Of a stretch of DNA of 64,000 bases, positions 12,920-26,958 are shown one piece after another; position 1 is the stretch's first letter; every line of letters begins with the position of its first letter. Origin of the DNA: Haliotis rufescens (taxonomy: Eukaryota); the NCBI RefSeq assembly GCF_023055435.1, contig NW_025963802.1:17546001-17610000 (forward strand). The letters run 5' to 3'. The notes beneath the pieces were generated by a model. It ran no database searches and had not been told where the DNA came from. It worked only from the letters and a program-made list of their open reading frames with translations. Both the position numbers and the translations under genes were made by a program.

Positions 12920-15067
12920 CAGGCGAACTGATACCTTGGTCACATTCCCTGTAGACGAACTGATACCTTGGTCACATTCCCTGTAGAAGAACTGATACCT
13001 TGGTCACATTCCCTGTAGAAGAACTGATATACCATAGTCACATACCCTGTAGACGAACTGATACCACAGTCACATTTCCTGTAGACGAACTGATATACCA
13101 TAGTCACATACCCTGTAGACGAAGTGATACCCTGGTCACATTCCCTGTAGAAGAACTGATACCCTGGTCAATTCCCTGGAGACGAACTGATACCCTGGTC
13201 AAATTCCCTGTAGACGAACTGATACCCTGGTCACATTCCTGTAGACGAACTGATACCCTGGTCACATTCCCTGGAGACGAACTGATACCCTGGTCACATT
13301 CCTGTAGACGAACTGATACCCTGGTCACATTCCCTGTAGAAGAACTGATACCGTGGTCACATTCCCTGTAGAAGAACTGATACCCTTGTCACATTCCCTG
13401 TAGAAGAACGGATATACCATAGTCACATACCCTGTAGACGAACTGATACCACAGTCACATTTCCTGAAGACGAACTGATATACCATAGTCACATACCCTG
13501 TAGACGAACTGATACCCTGGTCACATTCCCTGTAGACAGACTGATACCCTGGTCACATTCCCTGTAGAAGAACGGATATACCATAGTCACATACCCTGTA
13601 GACGAACTGATACCCTGGTCACATTCCCTGTAGAAGAACTGATATACCATAGTCACATAGCCTGTAGACGAACTGATACCACAGTCACATTTCCTGAAGA
13701 CGAACTGATATACCATAGTCACATACCCTGTAGACGAACTGATACCACAGTCACATTTCCTGAAGACGAACTGATATACCATAGTCACATACCCTGTAGA
13801 CGAACTGATACCCTGGTCACATTCCCTGTAGACAGACTGATACCCTGGTCACATTCCCTGTAGAAGAACGGATATACCATAGTCACATACCCTGTAGACG
13901 AACTGATACCACAGTCACATTTCCTGAAGACGAACTGATATACCATAGTCACATACCCTGTAGACGAACTGATACCCTGGTCACATTCCCTGTAGAAGAA
14001 CGGATATACCATAGTCACATACCCTGTAGACGAACTGATACCACAGTCACATTTCCTGAAGACGAACTGATATACCATAGTCACATACCCTGTAGACGAA
14101 CTGATACCCTGGTCACATTCCCTGTAGACGAACTGATACCCTGGTCACATTCCCTGTAGAAGAACTGATATACCATAGTCACATACCCTGTAGACGAACT
14201 GATACCACAGTCACATTTCCTGAAGACGAACTGATATACCATAGTCACATACCCTGTAGACGAACTGATACCACAGTCACATTTCCTGAAGACGAACTGA
14301 TATACCATAGTCACATACCCTGTAGACGAAGTGATACCCTAGTCACATTCCCTGTAGACAGACTGATACCCTGGTCACATTCCCTGTAGAAGAACGGATA
14401 TACCATAGTCACATACCCTGTAGACGAACTGATACCACAGTCACATTTCCTGAAGACGAACTGATATACCATAGTCACATACCCTGTAGACGAACTGATA
14501 CCCTGGTCACATTCCCTGTAGAAGAACTGATATACCATAGTCACATAGCCTGTAGACGAACTGATACCACAGTCACATTTCCTGAAGACGAACTGATATA
14601 CCATAGTCACATACCCTGTAGACGAAGTGATACCCTGGTCACATTCCCTGTAGACAGACTGATACCCTGGTCACATTCCCTGTAGAAGAACGGATATACC
14701 ATAGTCACATACCCTGTAGACGAACTGATACCACAGTCACATTTCCTGAAGACGAACTGATATACCATAGTCACATACCCTGTAGACGAACTGATACCCT
14801 GGTCACATTCCCTGTAGACGAACTGATACCCTGGTCACATTCCCTGTAGTAGAACTGATACCCTGGTCACATTCCCTGTAGAAGAACTGATACCCTGGTC
14901 AAATTCCCTGTAGAAGAACTGATACCCTGGTCACATTCCCTGGAGAAGAACTGATACCCTGGTCAAATTCCTGAAGACGTAGTGATATACCATAGTCACA
15001 TACCCTGTTGACGATCTGATACCACAGTCACATTTCCTGTCGGCGAACTGATACACCTGTCACATTC
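12920..15067. repeat. 32/34-bp minisatellite with higher-order structure
   Basis: Unit TCACATTCCCTGTAGAAGAACTGATACCCTGG plus 32- and 34-bp variants; about 65 units. Confidence 0.95.
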
Positions 15068-15446
15068 AGATTATATGGTACAGTATATGGGGCCACATGG
15101 CCTACAGTATATCAAATGTATAATTATACATATTTGGCATGTGTTATGGTGTATAACAACAATCATAACCATAATGGAACGTAAAAGATAAAGTTAATCT
15201 TAGGAAAATTCCCTTGAGACATATTGCAATATTCTGGTATACCTGAAGATTATTTTCTTAGAATGACGTATATAATTTCTCTCTTGATGTGTGAAGATGA
15301 TGTTTTAGGAGAAACATTTGGTACGGCAGTCTGAATAAGCAGCAATGATTTAAAACTTGCATATCTCTGTAAGCGCGTGGTTGCTCAAAACTATTATGCC
15401 AATTTTGAAATTCAATATCCTCACATCTTTCTATCTACCTGGAGAA

Positions 15447-15821
15447 ACCGCCTCCGTGGTCTAGTGGGTAGAGCGTCTGTCTACTCAGAGTGACCGCCTC
15501 CGTGGTCTAGTGGATAGAACGTCTGTCTACCTGGAGAGACCGCCTCCGTGGTCTAGTGGGTAGAGCGTCTGTCTACCCGGAGAGACCGCCTCCGTGGTCT
15601 AGTGGGTAGAGTGTCTGTCTACTCGGAGAGACCGCCTCCGTGGTCTGGTGGGTAGAGCGTCTGTCTACTCGGAGAGACCGCCTCCGTGGTCTAGTTGGTA
15701 GAGCGTCTGTCTACTCGGAGAGACCGCCTCCCCGGTCTGGTGGGTAGAGCGTCTGTTTACCCGGAGAGACCGCCTCCGTGGTCTAGCGGGTAGAGCGTCT
15801 GTCCACCCGGAGAGACCGCCT
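15447..15821 (+). repeat. 46-bp tandem array of the SINE D 5' head (8 units plus a partial)
   Basis: ACCGCCTCCGTGGTCTAGTGGGTAGAGCGTCTGTCTACYCGGAGAG, period 46. Confidence 0.95.
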
Positions 15822-16806
15822 TCTCACTTTTCTCTGTAGACTTAATGACACCCTACTCATATTCCCTGGAGGTGAACTGGTATCCGAGTCACATTCCCCT
15901 GTAGACAAATTGATACCCTATAGTCCTCAAAACACAATGATATGTTGTTTATCGATAGAAGAATTATTCCCACAGACACAAGACATGCAAAACAAACTAC
16001 TTCTGGGGGAAGCCGGGCCGTTTCGCTACAACAGACGAATCTGACCTCTACTCCTTGATGGACGACCCAAATAAACATTTGATAAATCTCTTGTTTCGAA
16101 AACACAATTATATGAATTTTTACTCCACATTTATCCGAAAATCCCATATTATCTTCTAGCATAGCGTTCGGTTTCAAATGAAGGTTAGATACTCTCAATT
16201 CGGTCAGGCAATCTAATTTCCAAACACAGTACGTTTATCTTCTATAACAGACCGCTGTCATATCCGGAGTAACACAACAGACACACACTCACTCATTCCA
16301 CGCTACAGTATTACACTGTCAGCTGTAAACGTCAGTCATCGTGACTCTATAAAAAACATTGTTGTCGACAGATTGATGAATCTGTATGTCAGTTGGATCG
16401 ACTGAAGGGACACGTCAGAATATCGCCACCTTATACACTAGTAGCATATGCTACCACCTCAGCTGCTTAGAAGACTATAGCAAGATTCCAGGTAGGAAAG
16501 TTTTGTAATGAGAGACGATACTGTATACCCTAAATGGTACCAATGATTGATTATGTCTCGGGTCATAAGACCATGAGTTTGGTGAGGGAAACGATTGCAT
16601 CATGTGTCAGGAAAAGTAATAAAAAACACATTGTTACTAATATTCAAATTAGGGTTGTGTTTTTTATATTTTAAGACATGCCCTCATTCCATCAGAATGT
16701 GTATATGCAAAAAGAAGGTTTGTCCATGGGTTTTGTTGGACAAACCGTACACCTTTATGACGGGTGGTTTTACAAAAAATGTAAACAATTCATGTAGATC
16801 AAAGAG

Positions 16807-17012
16807 GTGGGGTGAAATGGGATTTAACGTCGCGTCCATGATTATTGCACTTATATAGCGACGTGCATGTACGTGTGTGTGTGTGGCTGCTTGTACTAGT
16901 CCGGACTGATGCCGATTTATAGTGCTAGCTCACTGAGATACCATGCCGCAGTTTAACATGAATATCCCACTCAGGCACAGTATACTCAAGGCCGTAGTTA
17001 ACTTCTTTTGAC

Positions 17013-17043
<31 letters not shown>

Positions 17044-17107
17044 AATATTTGTACAAGTAGCACTTGTGCCCAACTTGATTCAAATAAAACTGTTTTCTGT
17101 AAAAAAA

Positions 17108-17143
<36 letters not shown>

Positions 17144-17333
17144 ACTCCCCTCCCTGCTGGCTACGGCACTGATACAGTCTCCGAGCCGACCAGTCCTTGT
17201 TTTAACCCCTTAATGCCGAGCGCCAGACAGGATAACATCTTTTAACGTCTTTTGGTATGACGCGGCTGGGCATCGAACCCCGGACCTTCCGCTCTCTGGG
17301 CGAACGCTCTACCACTAGACCACGGAGGCGGTC
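16807..17333 (-). mobile_element. tRNA-derived SINE family D (MetaSINE-like core), interrupted by a poly-G MITE
   Basis: Head ACCGCCTCCGTGGTCTAGTGG, B box, core GCGTCATACCAAAAGACGTTAAAAGATG; 14-bp TSD TGTAGATCAAAGAG. Confidence 0.85.
16988..17171. mobile_element. Small MITE with poly-G tracts nested in SINE D
   Basis: Termini GCCGTAG / CTACGGC; absent from the 57652 copy of the same SINE. Confidence 0.65.
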
Positions 17334-17856
17334 TGTAGATCAAAGAGTAATTCATTGAGACTACACATTGTCAGTAGATGCCTGCTATGTCACTAGCAGA
17401 TAATTGATGCCTCTGTGAACAGTATTCCAGTTATATCTCGACGTGTTTGCTTAAAATGGGAGGAAAACCCGAAGTGGTGCGGGTCTCAGAAGTTTACCAC
17501 TTTGGTGAAACCCACGAGTACGGACAAACCTAGATACATAATCCGGGCGACCCGGCTTTCGAACCCACGATCACAGGTTTCTGGCGTGTCCAAGGGAGGC
17601 AACTGCACAGCACATTGCGAGGTCTGAGGCGTCTGTGTTGTGTGAATTATTATCATGATATCCGTTTAAAGGAGTCATAGAGTTAAGTTTTGATGTATTA
17701 AGTCCTAATTTTTGCTATTAGTAGAATGTTTTAAGGGATGGCAAAGACATAATCGAGGTCTCGTCTCTGATGACAGGTTATATATGACTTAACTGTCAAA
17801 AATATGTGACCTTAGATCCAAGAAACAAGAATGTCGGTTAAAGGGTAAACAATGCA

Positions 17857-18549
17857 CCATTCTACCATGAATTTTGAATTAACTCGATTCTGGTTGGTCA
17901 ATCAGAGGCTATTAAATAACAATAAACCCCCTCTGATTGAAACAGCTGGTTTGACGGCCGCATCACCGCGGAAACTAATATTCATAGAATAGTACTATTT
18001 TCAGTCATTGTCGGTAGGCATATTTAAATAATTATATCTACAATTACAGGTTACAAAATGCACAGATGCGGTTACTACAATATTCAAAGGATGTGTGGCA
18101 ATACATTTCGTGCAAAAAAACACGATAGCAATCTACAAAGGGAATGTATTTACGTTTTGGAGACAACAGAGAGCTTGGAATTTTGGCGCTTTTCTATGTA
18201 CGACTGTGACGTCATATATTTTGCGTCACAATGAGCGATATGACGTCATAATGGTGTCGTGCGATGTTAGAGCGAAAGCCTTGCAAAGCTTGCTTTGTTT
18301 TCTTTAGGGATTCCAACCTCATGTTAGCTTACCAAGTTACATACACGCTTTAAATGTCTGTCATGTGTTCGAGTGAAGTATTACGGTGTAAACAAACTGC
18401 TTGAGTATATACAGCGCCATGTTTTGTTCGCTGATTCCGAAATTCAGATCGACAACCCACTCAAAACACTGGACTCAACCCATGCCGCTTCACTCAGTAT
18501 ATTAGCTAACACCAAAGAGTTCGCGTTTTATTTAGTCATGGTAGAATGG
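17857..18549. mobile_element. Non-autonomous TIR element
   Basis: CCATTCTACCATGA / TCATGGTAGAATGG termini; internal inverted repeat TCAATCAGAGG / CCTCTGATTGA. Confidence 0.55.
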
Positions 18550-18599
18550 AGATAAACATACTGTGTTTTTTTTAATGTAGAGCTAGGTTACCTGTAGAT

Positions 18600-21500
18600 T
18601 TAACCGCGCTAAATTCCAAATTCAATTTAGCGGAAGATAATATTCTTGGGCGTGATGGATGAATTATCTATCATGGTGCAGCTAAAGAAGAAGACAAAGA
18701 ACGTTCTTCATCATTGGAAAATCTGATTGTCTTGACACGGCTGCGACTTTTACACCCAGACGTGCAGAGAGTAGTCAAGCAACTGTATGGCACCGGTCTC
18801 CGCGCCAGAACCATTGCGTCAATAAACCCGGCTCTAGACTCCCCATTGGACGAAATCCGGTCAAGTGAGGATGCCAACATCATGGGGACAACTACACTCG
18901 CACTATTCGAAGTAGTAAACGTCAGCCTCGGTACAGGTTTGATCATCACCATACATGGATCCATTCTTCAGACACAAGGCGGCACGCATTACATTTGACA
19001 GCTGCGCCACCTTGAATATGATTAGACTTTCTGCTGCTATGGCACTTGGCGTCAACGTAAGTTCTCAGTCAACTCACCAGGCGAATGGATTACCTCCTTT
19101 GAATGTTGTAGGTGACGTTTCATTCTCCCTGTCCAGAAATGATATTACTCGGAGACGGTTTATCATTCACGTTTGGATCCACTAGTACATGTGACTTAAA
19201 CCACAGTGTGAGACGTGCATACGTGATTAGAGCCCAAAACACATCAACAACAGTATGGCCAGGTGAATTTGTTGAAGTTGCTGTGCCAACTGATTACTCT
19301 GAAACAGATGATACGTTTGCCATAGAACCTTGAATTGACACTCGTCCGACTCAGTCTGCCTTATGCCCTACCAGGCCAGCTATCGGAGTCCTCTCAAGTT
19401 AGTCAGGAAGAATAAGAATCCCTAATCTCACGCACCAACCGAAGGTAATTAGAATTCGTTTTGCCAGATACGTCCAGCTATCGTCCAAGAGGACTAGACC
19501 ATCGGTGACAGCGTAACTCGGATACACAAGGTTCATGTTTCTGATGCCATAAAATGTCAGTAGTTTTTTTGCAGATGTCTATGTTGACTCTGAGAATGTC
19601 TTGTCCAAACAGAGCAAGCACAGTTTTCTTGCTCTTATGATGGAGTTTGATGAAGTCTTTAGACCCCATATTGATGGATATAATGGCGCGTCAGAACGAT
19701 GCCAAGCTCTTGTCAACACGGGTCTGGTCCAACCTCTGCAACGGAATTATAGAGTACCCCAGTATTCCCCTGGTCCTTCACTGATGCCTGACGTGAACTC
19801 AACCCTTCATAGGGCATAGTAGTGAAATCTACTGATGATTTGATAACCCAGATGATCTCCAGGAAAACTGGTGGTGAGTACTCGAAGCATTCAAAGACAA
19901 TGGGGTACGACTTTCCCCACATAAAACTGTCATTGCTCCTACATATTCAACAGTCCTAGGATGGCACTGGCAACAAGATACAATGCAATCGAGTAAACAC
20001 TGCGTGGTCACTCTCACAACATGTTAGCCACCTCAAACTGTGAAGGGACTACATCCATTTATTGGAGCTCACAAGGCCTTACCTGAGGACGTTCAAATCC
20101 CCTTGCACCCCTTAACGGTGCTACTGTAGGACTACATTCTGGTGACAAGATTATCCTGTCAGACAATTTGTTGGAGGCCTTTAAGGTTGCTCAGGATGTG
20201 TTATTGACCAACAAATTAATCACACTGACAAACCCAGAGGACCAACTGTGCTGTGAGGAAATCGGAGCTCTACGTGACCGGAGGGACTTCATTCCATGTA
20301 ACGGGATTTATCAGTTTGAAATTGAGACAACAATACATTTCTTGGCTACCATGTGAGATAGAGGTACTGTCTAATGCTGCTTCCATGAAATATTTAAGCC
20401 CATTCATTGTATGTTCTTAACTGAATGCTTGTATACTCAGACAGCAGACCATCTGTACTTGAATCAGCACTACATTTAGTTGATACCAACATACAGACGA
20501 ACACCTTGCAAGAGCATCTTACTTGCCTGCAAACTTTGCCAGCAGAAAAGCCCCAGTATGCGAAACCCCTTTCTGTCAATATGCTCCTTCATTGTGGCCC
20601 CAGAAGAATCCGGATATCCTTGACGGAACCTTCAGATGGCCCTTCATAGAACCGCCTGGCGCTCTCTCCAAGATGAGTGTCATGATCTCAGGCGGCCACA
20701 TGCCCACCTTCTCCAAGGCACAAGGCCATCGAAGAAATTGACATATATAAGGGATGTGAAACGCTACCTACAGTCCTTCACAATAACTCTGTATAGCTTA
20801 CTGGTGGTTAAACTTCAGACCCGCTCTGTGCTTGTTGTGAGAGCATCGTTGCTCTCTGACAGGTGTAAGATGGCCTTCTGACAGCTTTGGATATTTAATT
20901 GGACCATCCCTCAGCCAACCAGCTAAGACGAGTATGTTCTCTATATTTCTTTGCTTTGGACCTTGACAAGGCAATTGGCACTGTCCAAATCTTGTCACCG
21001 TTGTGGTTCTCTACGCAAGTCACCCCACATTGTAGTTGATCAGAGTACATGCAACACACCTGAAGCAGTAGGACGCACATTTGCTACAGAGGTCATGAGA
21101 AGAGAGCGAAAATTCATCCTCGTCACGCGTGAATGCACTACATCATACATTTGAGGACGGAAGGGGCCCAACTCTTGGTCAACCCCTCCTACGTTCCAGC
21201 TTGGAACTCTTTCCCTTTTATGGCCCTCCATCTGTTATCGAGATTGACACTGCTCCAGAATTCTTCCGCTTGGAACTAGACCTCCTGCTAAAGCAACATC
21301 AACTCATTCTGGAAATTGGGAGGACTAACAATGATCATATTGCAGAGAAGACCATTCAGTAGTTACATTAAGAATTGCTTTATCGGGACCCCAAAAGAGG
21401 CCTTGTCAGGCAAAATTCACTGGCAGTTGCGGTCGTCTGCCTCAATTTGCACATCAGGGCACGAGGCTTGTCATCAAGGTTTATGCTGAATCAAAGAGAT

Positions 21501-21750
21501 CAGTTTACAAACTGTCAAATACCAGTCTCTGACAATGAACCTATCGCAAAACAACACAGTAGTCACTTGACTAACCACCCCTATAGCGAGAGGCAGAAAG
21601 GACCACAAGGACGTAGACCAAAATGTTTAGATTGAATGACGCTGGTCACTTAGTGTACTTATATTCTGACCTCAACCAGACTTGTTCTGGGAGTCGGTAC
21701 TTTTTTAAGTTTGTTGAATAGCAACGAAAGTTACAAAAGCCACTAAGATG
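18600..21750 (+). mobile_element. Decayed Ty3/Gypsy LTR retrotransposon internal region (gag-protease-RT/RH-integrase relics)
   Basis: Fragments LENLIVLTRLRLLHPD..VKQLYG (gag-like), ITFDSCAT (protease-like), QTVKGLHPFIG (RT connection), CHRCGSL (integrase zinc finger), FILVTRECTTSY and AEKTIQ (integrase core); many stops and frameshifts. Confidence 0.78.
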
Positions 21751-21854
21751 TATCTTAATATTCATGTCAGTATTATGTCACTGGGTCCATTAATGGATCC
21801 TTGTCACAGTCTAGTGACAGCACCATTCCCCGGCTTTATTTCAGACACCGATCT

Positions 21855-22099
21855 TGGGGCACGGGTGGACCAGTCGTCTAGGGCGCCGCGATTCGCTGTG
21901 CAGAGTTGCATCCCTTGGGCACACCAGAAACCTATTATGTTTCTAGGTTTGTCAGCACCATATACGTGCTCGTGGGTTTCACCGAAGTGGTAAACGTCTG
22001 AGACCTGCATCACTTCGGGCTTTCCTCTAACATTAAGCTGACACGCCTCGATAAAACTGGAATACTGATAAAAGCGGTGTTAAACCCAACTCACTCACT
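21855..22099 (+). mobile_element. tRNA-derived SINE family B
   Basis: A-box-like TGGACCAGTCGTCTAGGG, (CACT)n tail, TSD TCAGACACCGATC. Confidence 0.88.
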
Positions 22100-22189
22100 C
22101 AGACACCGATCGGGAAAGTCCGGCGGACGTCATTGTACAGTGTCAAAGCATTCTAAGTTAGAGACTTAGAGACCCGACTTTTCATTCCC

Positions 22190-23293
22190 TTGTGATTTAA
22201 TGGCACACTCATACCCTGTATTGACTTGATGTTGGTTATCTCCTATACGTTTGCTACCTTCTTCATGTCTCGAAAATGTTTTTGTGACTATAATTTTCAA
22301 ACACTGGGGGAATGTATATGTACACTCAGATATGTATTTATGATACTGTTTTCTACCTCAATCAAGACATGGATTGTTGTATCATTTATGATGCCGTTGG
22401 ATAGCTTATGGTTTATTTTGATACTTACATCTTCAGTATGGATATAGTAGTTTGTTTGCTATTCTTGTTTTCTCCGTGTTTAAATACACACGTTGGCTGA
22501 ACCCCCAGACTATTGTATTCCCCGGCTGTCCAGGAGAGATTGTCCAGGAGAGATTGTCTCTGAGGTCCGCGTGCTGTATATATAAACATTTTCAAGATCT
22601 TGTGTCTTTACCCCCAAGGACTCGTTAGACCGATTTAAGGGTCGGTTTGCTACTGGGTGTTCGTACGAAACTCAGGTTTTGTTAGTAAGTGATTACGGGC
22701 ACGTTCGATCAAGTACTGACTGACTCTGGTTGTATTGTACTGAACTCTGACTTGGGTTTCCAATGCTCAGTTTTTCTTGTAATCCATGGATAACCTACAC
22801 GTGACTGTCTAGCTTTTTTGGAATTTTTCCTTGCTCAGTCAAAGTGGCTGAATCTTGAGTATATTAGACTAGTTTGATATTTAGACATTCTCGTCTATTT
22901 TATTGTTTAAGTGACTTAGTTTAGGGGTAGGCCCTCTGTGTTTATATCCCGTTATTTAACCCAGTCGAGGTTATTCACTCATTAGAGTTAATTGGCCACA
23001 GCCGCGGCTTAATTGGCTGTCAAAGCATCTGGTGGGTATCATGTCAAAGTGTTGTTTTAGCAACTCTCATTTTATTATTGTAATACTCTTGCGTAGCTAA
23101 AACCGCTTGTGTATTTGCTCTTATTTAATTAATCAGTGATCTTCGTCAGCTCAGATTGGGTAAATTTGATCCTTTTATTGTCATAGTACAAATAGCTGAT
23201 ATTAATAAACCTGTGAACATATCACCACGTTTTCATTATTACTTTATTCTTGTTTAATGACACCCCTAGTCATTGGAGCACAGCTCCGTAACA
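22190..23293 (+). mobile_element. Possible LTR-like segment
   Basis: Follows the Gypsy relic, has a TATA-like motif at ~22577 and AATAAA at ~23204, and ends in ...GTAACA. No partner LTR or TSD found; the 5' boundary is a guess. Confidence 0.25.
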
Positions 23294-23499
23294 ATAAAGA
23301 CAATTACATTGTAACAGGAATTATAGGATCAGCTTGTTTGTATCTTCCTGGGCACTAAGCGGCTGCACAGCCTGCGGTGAATGACTTCTGACACATACTC
23401 AATTGAACTCTGTACCGAGGCACTAGTTTATTTCTGAATGTTTTCTATTTTCCATAGAAAAATGTTTCATAAATGTTTAGTCATTGGGTAAACATGACG

Positions 23500-25940
23500 T
23501 TTCATCACTTCCTCGAAATAACCTTAAACTATATGAGTAAAAAATATTTGGTGAAATGTACAATATGAGTATAGTTTGACTAAATTTGAGCAAGGTGAAG
23601 CTCATGTAGATCTAAATAATTATCAATGTTCTAAGTTCAAAATCTAAATAGATATATTTTGAGAAGTCTGACAAACATTTACCATTTGTAAGAGACATGA
23701 CAGGTACGTACGTTTCTAGACTTGGATTGTTGTGAAATATCAGAGGTAAATGGTGGCGTTTAAGTTCTGAGTATGCGGTGCACACGTGAAGAAAGTAGTA
23801 TTAATTTTCAACAAAATTAAAACCATAACGTTCACAACAAGTACAGATTCTGTTTTCAACATCTATGTCAGTTTTTCTCCCTTTTTCTATTTCTATATTG
23901 TGGTTGCTGCAACGAAAAGTTTAATTTAAAAGTGCCATCCGATACGTACTATTTTCATCACAAGTAAGATAAGTTTATATTCGTAAAAAGATTTGTATGT
24001 ACAATACGCTTTTAGTTTCGAATTTTGTCAGTTTTGTTGGCCGCAATCGTTAATACGTTGCTTAATTTGTCTAATATATATTTCACAATCCCTGCAGCCT
24101 TGAATAATCGATACATAACCAAAACTAAATTTATGTTCAAATAAAAAAGTTTAAATAAATGTTACCCAAGAAGATCTACCCAATTCATCCAATCTATATA
24201 GCATTGAATATGTTTGTTTTTTCGATTTATAAGGATTCATAGAAATAAGTTTTATCCAATATTTTATTACTTGAGTGGCATGATATGTATAAATCTTTTG
24301 TCTTCCGCATTCTCCAAGGGCAGCACTGCTACTAACTGAGCGTGGTAAATTCAATATTCCCTTGAAATATTTCGTTTGAACCCATTCTAAGACATTATAG
24401 CTTTGATATCCTAAAATCTCGACACCCTTCCATTATAATGGCAAAACCACCTGGAAATAGGGAAGTGATCTGATACATCCATGTCAAGAACAGCGAAATT
24501 GTGAACATTTAGAAACAATTATGACGAAGCAAACATGTAATCTACTTTACTTGTACCATTATTTGCAAAACATGTAAAGTTTCCATTTTATGTCACCCTG
24601 AAATCTGCCATTCTATATATGTAAAGAAAGACATTTGCAAAATTGTAATAAAATTAAATATTTCTTTTTCTTTATTGTTTCTAGGTTTTGTATACTCATC
24701 ATTTTCATAGCAATCATCATCATTTAAAATATGTTTGACATTATCATCAATAATAAAGTCTTCTTCTTCGCCAGTTCTGCAATTAAAATCACCTGTTAGA
24801 ATTACTCCAGCATCATACATATAATTTATGTCATATAATACATTTTCCAGTTCATCCACACTATCTTTGTCATTGTTTAGATAATATGTTGATCTTTCTG
24901 GAGATCAGAAAACCTTAAACAAGATTTTTTCAGTATTGAAAAAGGTATGGTCTAAGAGACAAACAGCATCTTTACAGCCTTTAAATATACGTTTTCCACC
25001 TTTGATGACAGCTTTATGGACAAATAGCCCCACCCAAACATCTTTGCCCTTGTCTCTACAAAAAGAGAATCAAACAATGCGATGGTAAAATATCTGAGCA
25101 ATTCTGATACAAGTAAAACCATGTCTCCAACAGGCCAACAAAAGTGTAGGAGTATAGTATACGTTTCAAGTGTTCGTTGTTGAAATGTTTCTGTAATGAC
25201 TGACAGTTCCAGGAAAAAAGTGAGATTTACCTTGCTTCATATTTCTGTTTTTGCCGATTTGTCTATCGCTGATGGACCTGGTTGCGACGGACCGCTATTT
25301 GAGGGGCGATTTCTATGTGTCGTGTTTGATTTCGGTTGCTGATGAGGAGTGTAGTCATCGTCGATGTGTAGGGTACCGTTAGCATAATACCCTCTTTCCT
25401 TCTTGCCTAAGTGCTGCTAATTTTCCTCTCTGTGTTTTATTGAGATACGTACCGAATTTTACACGTTTGGCATAAAACTGTTCCCTTGCTCCTCCTTCGA
25501 GAATTTGGTCTTTGGTATTTATGGATTTGGCATATATAGGTCTGTTTTTATCACTTTTGGGTTTTCCCAATCGTTGTGCCCCCTGGATGTCTCTCTGAGA
25601 GCGATTCATTCGTGGTATGACTGTATTTATAGTTTCAAAAAATATGGCTTTGGATTTAGAGGAATCTTCATTTTCTACTTCTGCAATTCCATAAAATAAT
25701 AGGTTCTCTTGTCTGCTTTGTGATTCTAGTCTGTCTAGATTTTCTTCTTATCGATGTGTATTGGAATCAACTTTATTCTCACGATGATTGTGTTTATCTG
25801 CTAGCGCCGCGACATCGACTTTTATAATATGCTGTTCTTGAGTAAGTGTGGTGATAGCCTTCCGAATACTGCACACATCATCTTTGCGTTCACATATATC
25901 TCCAGCTACACCCCTGATTTCTCTCAAAATATCGCTAAGA
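23500..25940 (-). mobile_element. Decayed, internally deleted LINE (ORF1, endonuclease and post-RT fragments)
   Basis: RLGKPKSDKNRPI (ORF1-like), VILTGDFNCRTG (APE endonuclease), AALGECGR...IKYWIKL (post-RT). Confidence 0.78.
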
Positions 25941-25951
25941 GTGAGTGCTTG

Positions 25952-26165
25952 AGTGAGTTGGGTATAACGTCGGTTTTAACAATATAACAGTTATATCGCG
26001 GCGTGTCAGCTTAATGTGGTAGGAAAGCCCGAAGTGATGCAGATGTTTACCACTTCGGTGAAACCTACGAGCACGGGAATTCGAACCCACAATCATAGAT
26101 TACTGGCGCGCCCAAAGGACGCAACTCTGCACAGCACCTTAGACGACTGGGCCATCGTGCCCCCA
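25952..26165 (-). mobile_element. SINE family B
   Basis: A box, B box GGTTCGAATTCC and shared body/tail. Confidence 0.82.
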
Positions 26166-26857
26166 TATCGCGTAGAGTTGATTGGTCGGTTGGTCCAGGG
26201 TTGCTTCCTAATGTCGCCACTAAGAAGTAAACGCATAGAGTACAACACATGGTGAAAACATTGGTCGACAACACATCTGTCCCATGGCACGGACCCAAGG
26301 CGATCATAGCCAGCGTTAACGTTATAGCGGGGGTTTATGGAGCATTCTTATTGAATGTTGCTTGAATACATGTTTTGAACAATAGCATGTCTCTATATGA
26401 GTTGATAACACTGTTCGTATTTATACTGTTCATGAAATCTAATTCCAATTCGTGAAATAACAAACGGTTGTCGAACAAAAGTGTCCCTGTTATGCCGCTG
26501 GCAGATCTTGTGTTTACAATATCAAACGAGGCAAGCTTTTCAGGATAAAGATTCCCATTGCAAAGGTTTGTTAAAAAACACATTACAGACGTTTTCATGA
26601 AAAAACAATCCCTAGAACACACACAGAGCGGAGTAACCTGTAGTTCGTTTATCCCAATTTGACGCGGGTGAGTATGGCGCCATTTTCTGTATTTGGTGTG
26701 TACCTGCTGGTGCAACAAAAGTCCCTAAACGGACCCTCGTAGCACAAATATCGACCATTGTGGTGCATATGTAGGTCCTAGGTAACAGTAGCTCAATGCA
26801 TATTAAATTTTAGGTTGTTGGCATTTTTTTTTAATTGTTTAAACATGAAAACCACCT

Positions 26858-26958
26858 GTGTCAGTGTGTACGTCGGTGTGTGTGTATGTCCGTCTCTGTG
26901 TGTGTGTGTCAGTGGGTATGTATGTGTGTATGTCTGTGTGTGTGTGTGTGAGAGAGTG
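26858..26958. repeat. Imperfect (GT)n microsatellite
   Basis: GT-rich run. Confidence 0.85.

Noticed and set aside
13000-14610. Cys-rich repetitive ORFs
   Set aside because: Translations of the 32/34-bp minisatellite, broken whenever the unit length shifts frame.
12920-15067. CRISPR-like periodicity (also at 41075-42480 and 44547-48242)
   Set aside because: Contiguous tandem monomers with no unique spacers, no cas genes and a eukaryotic context.
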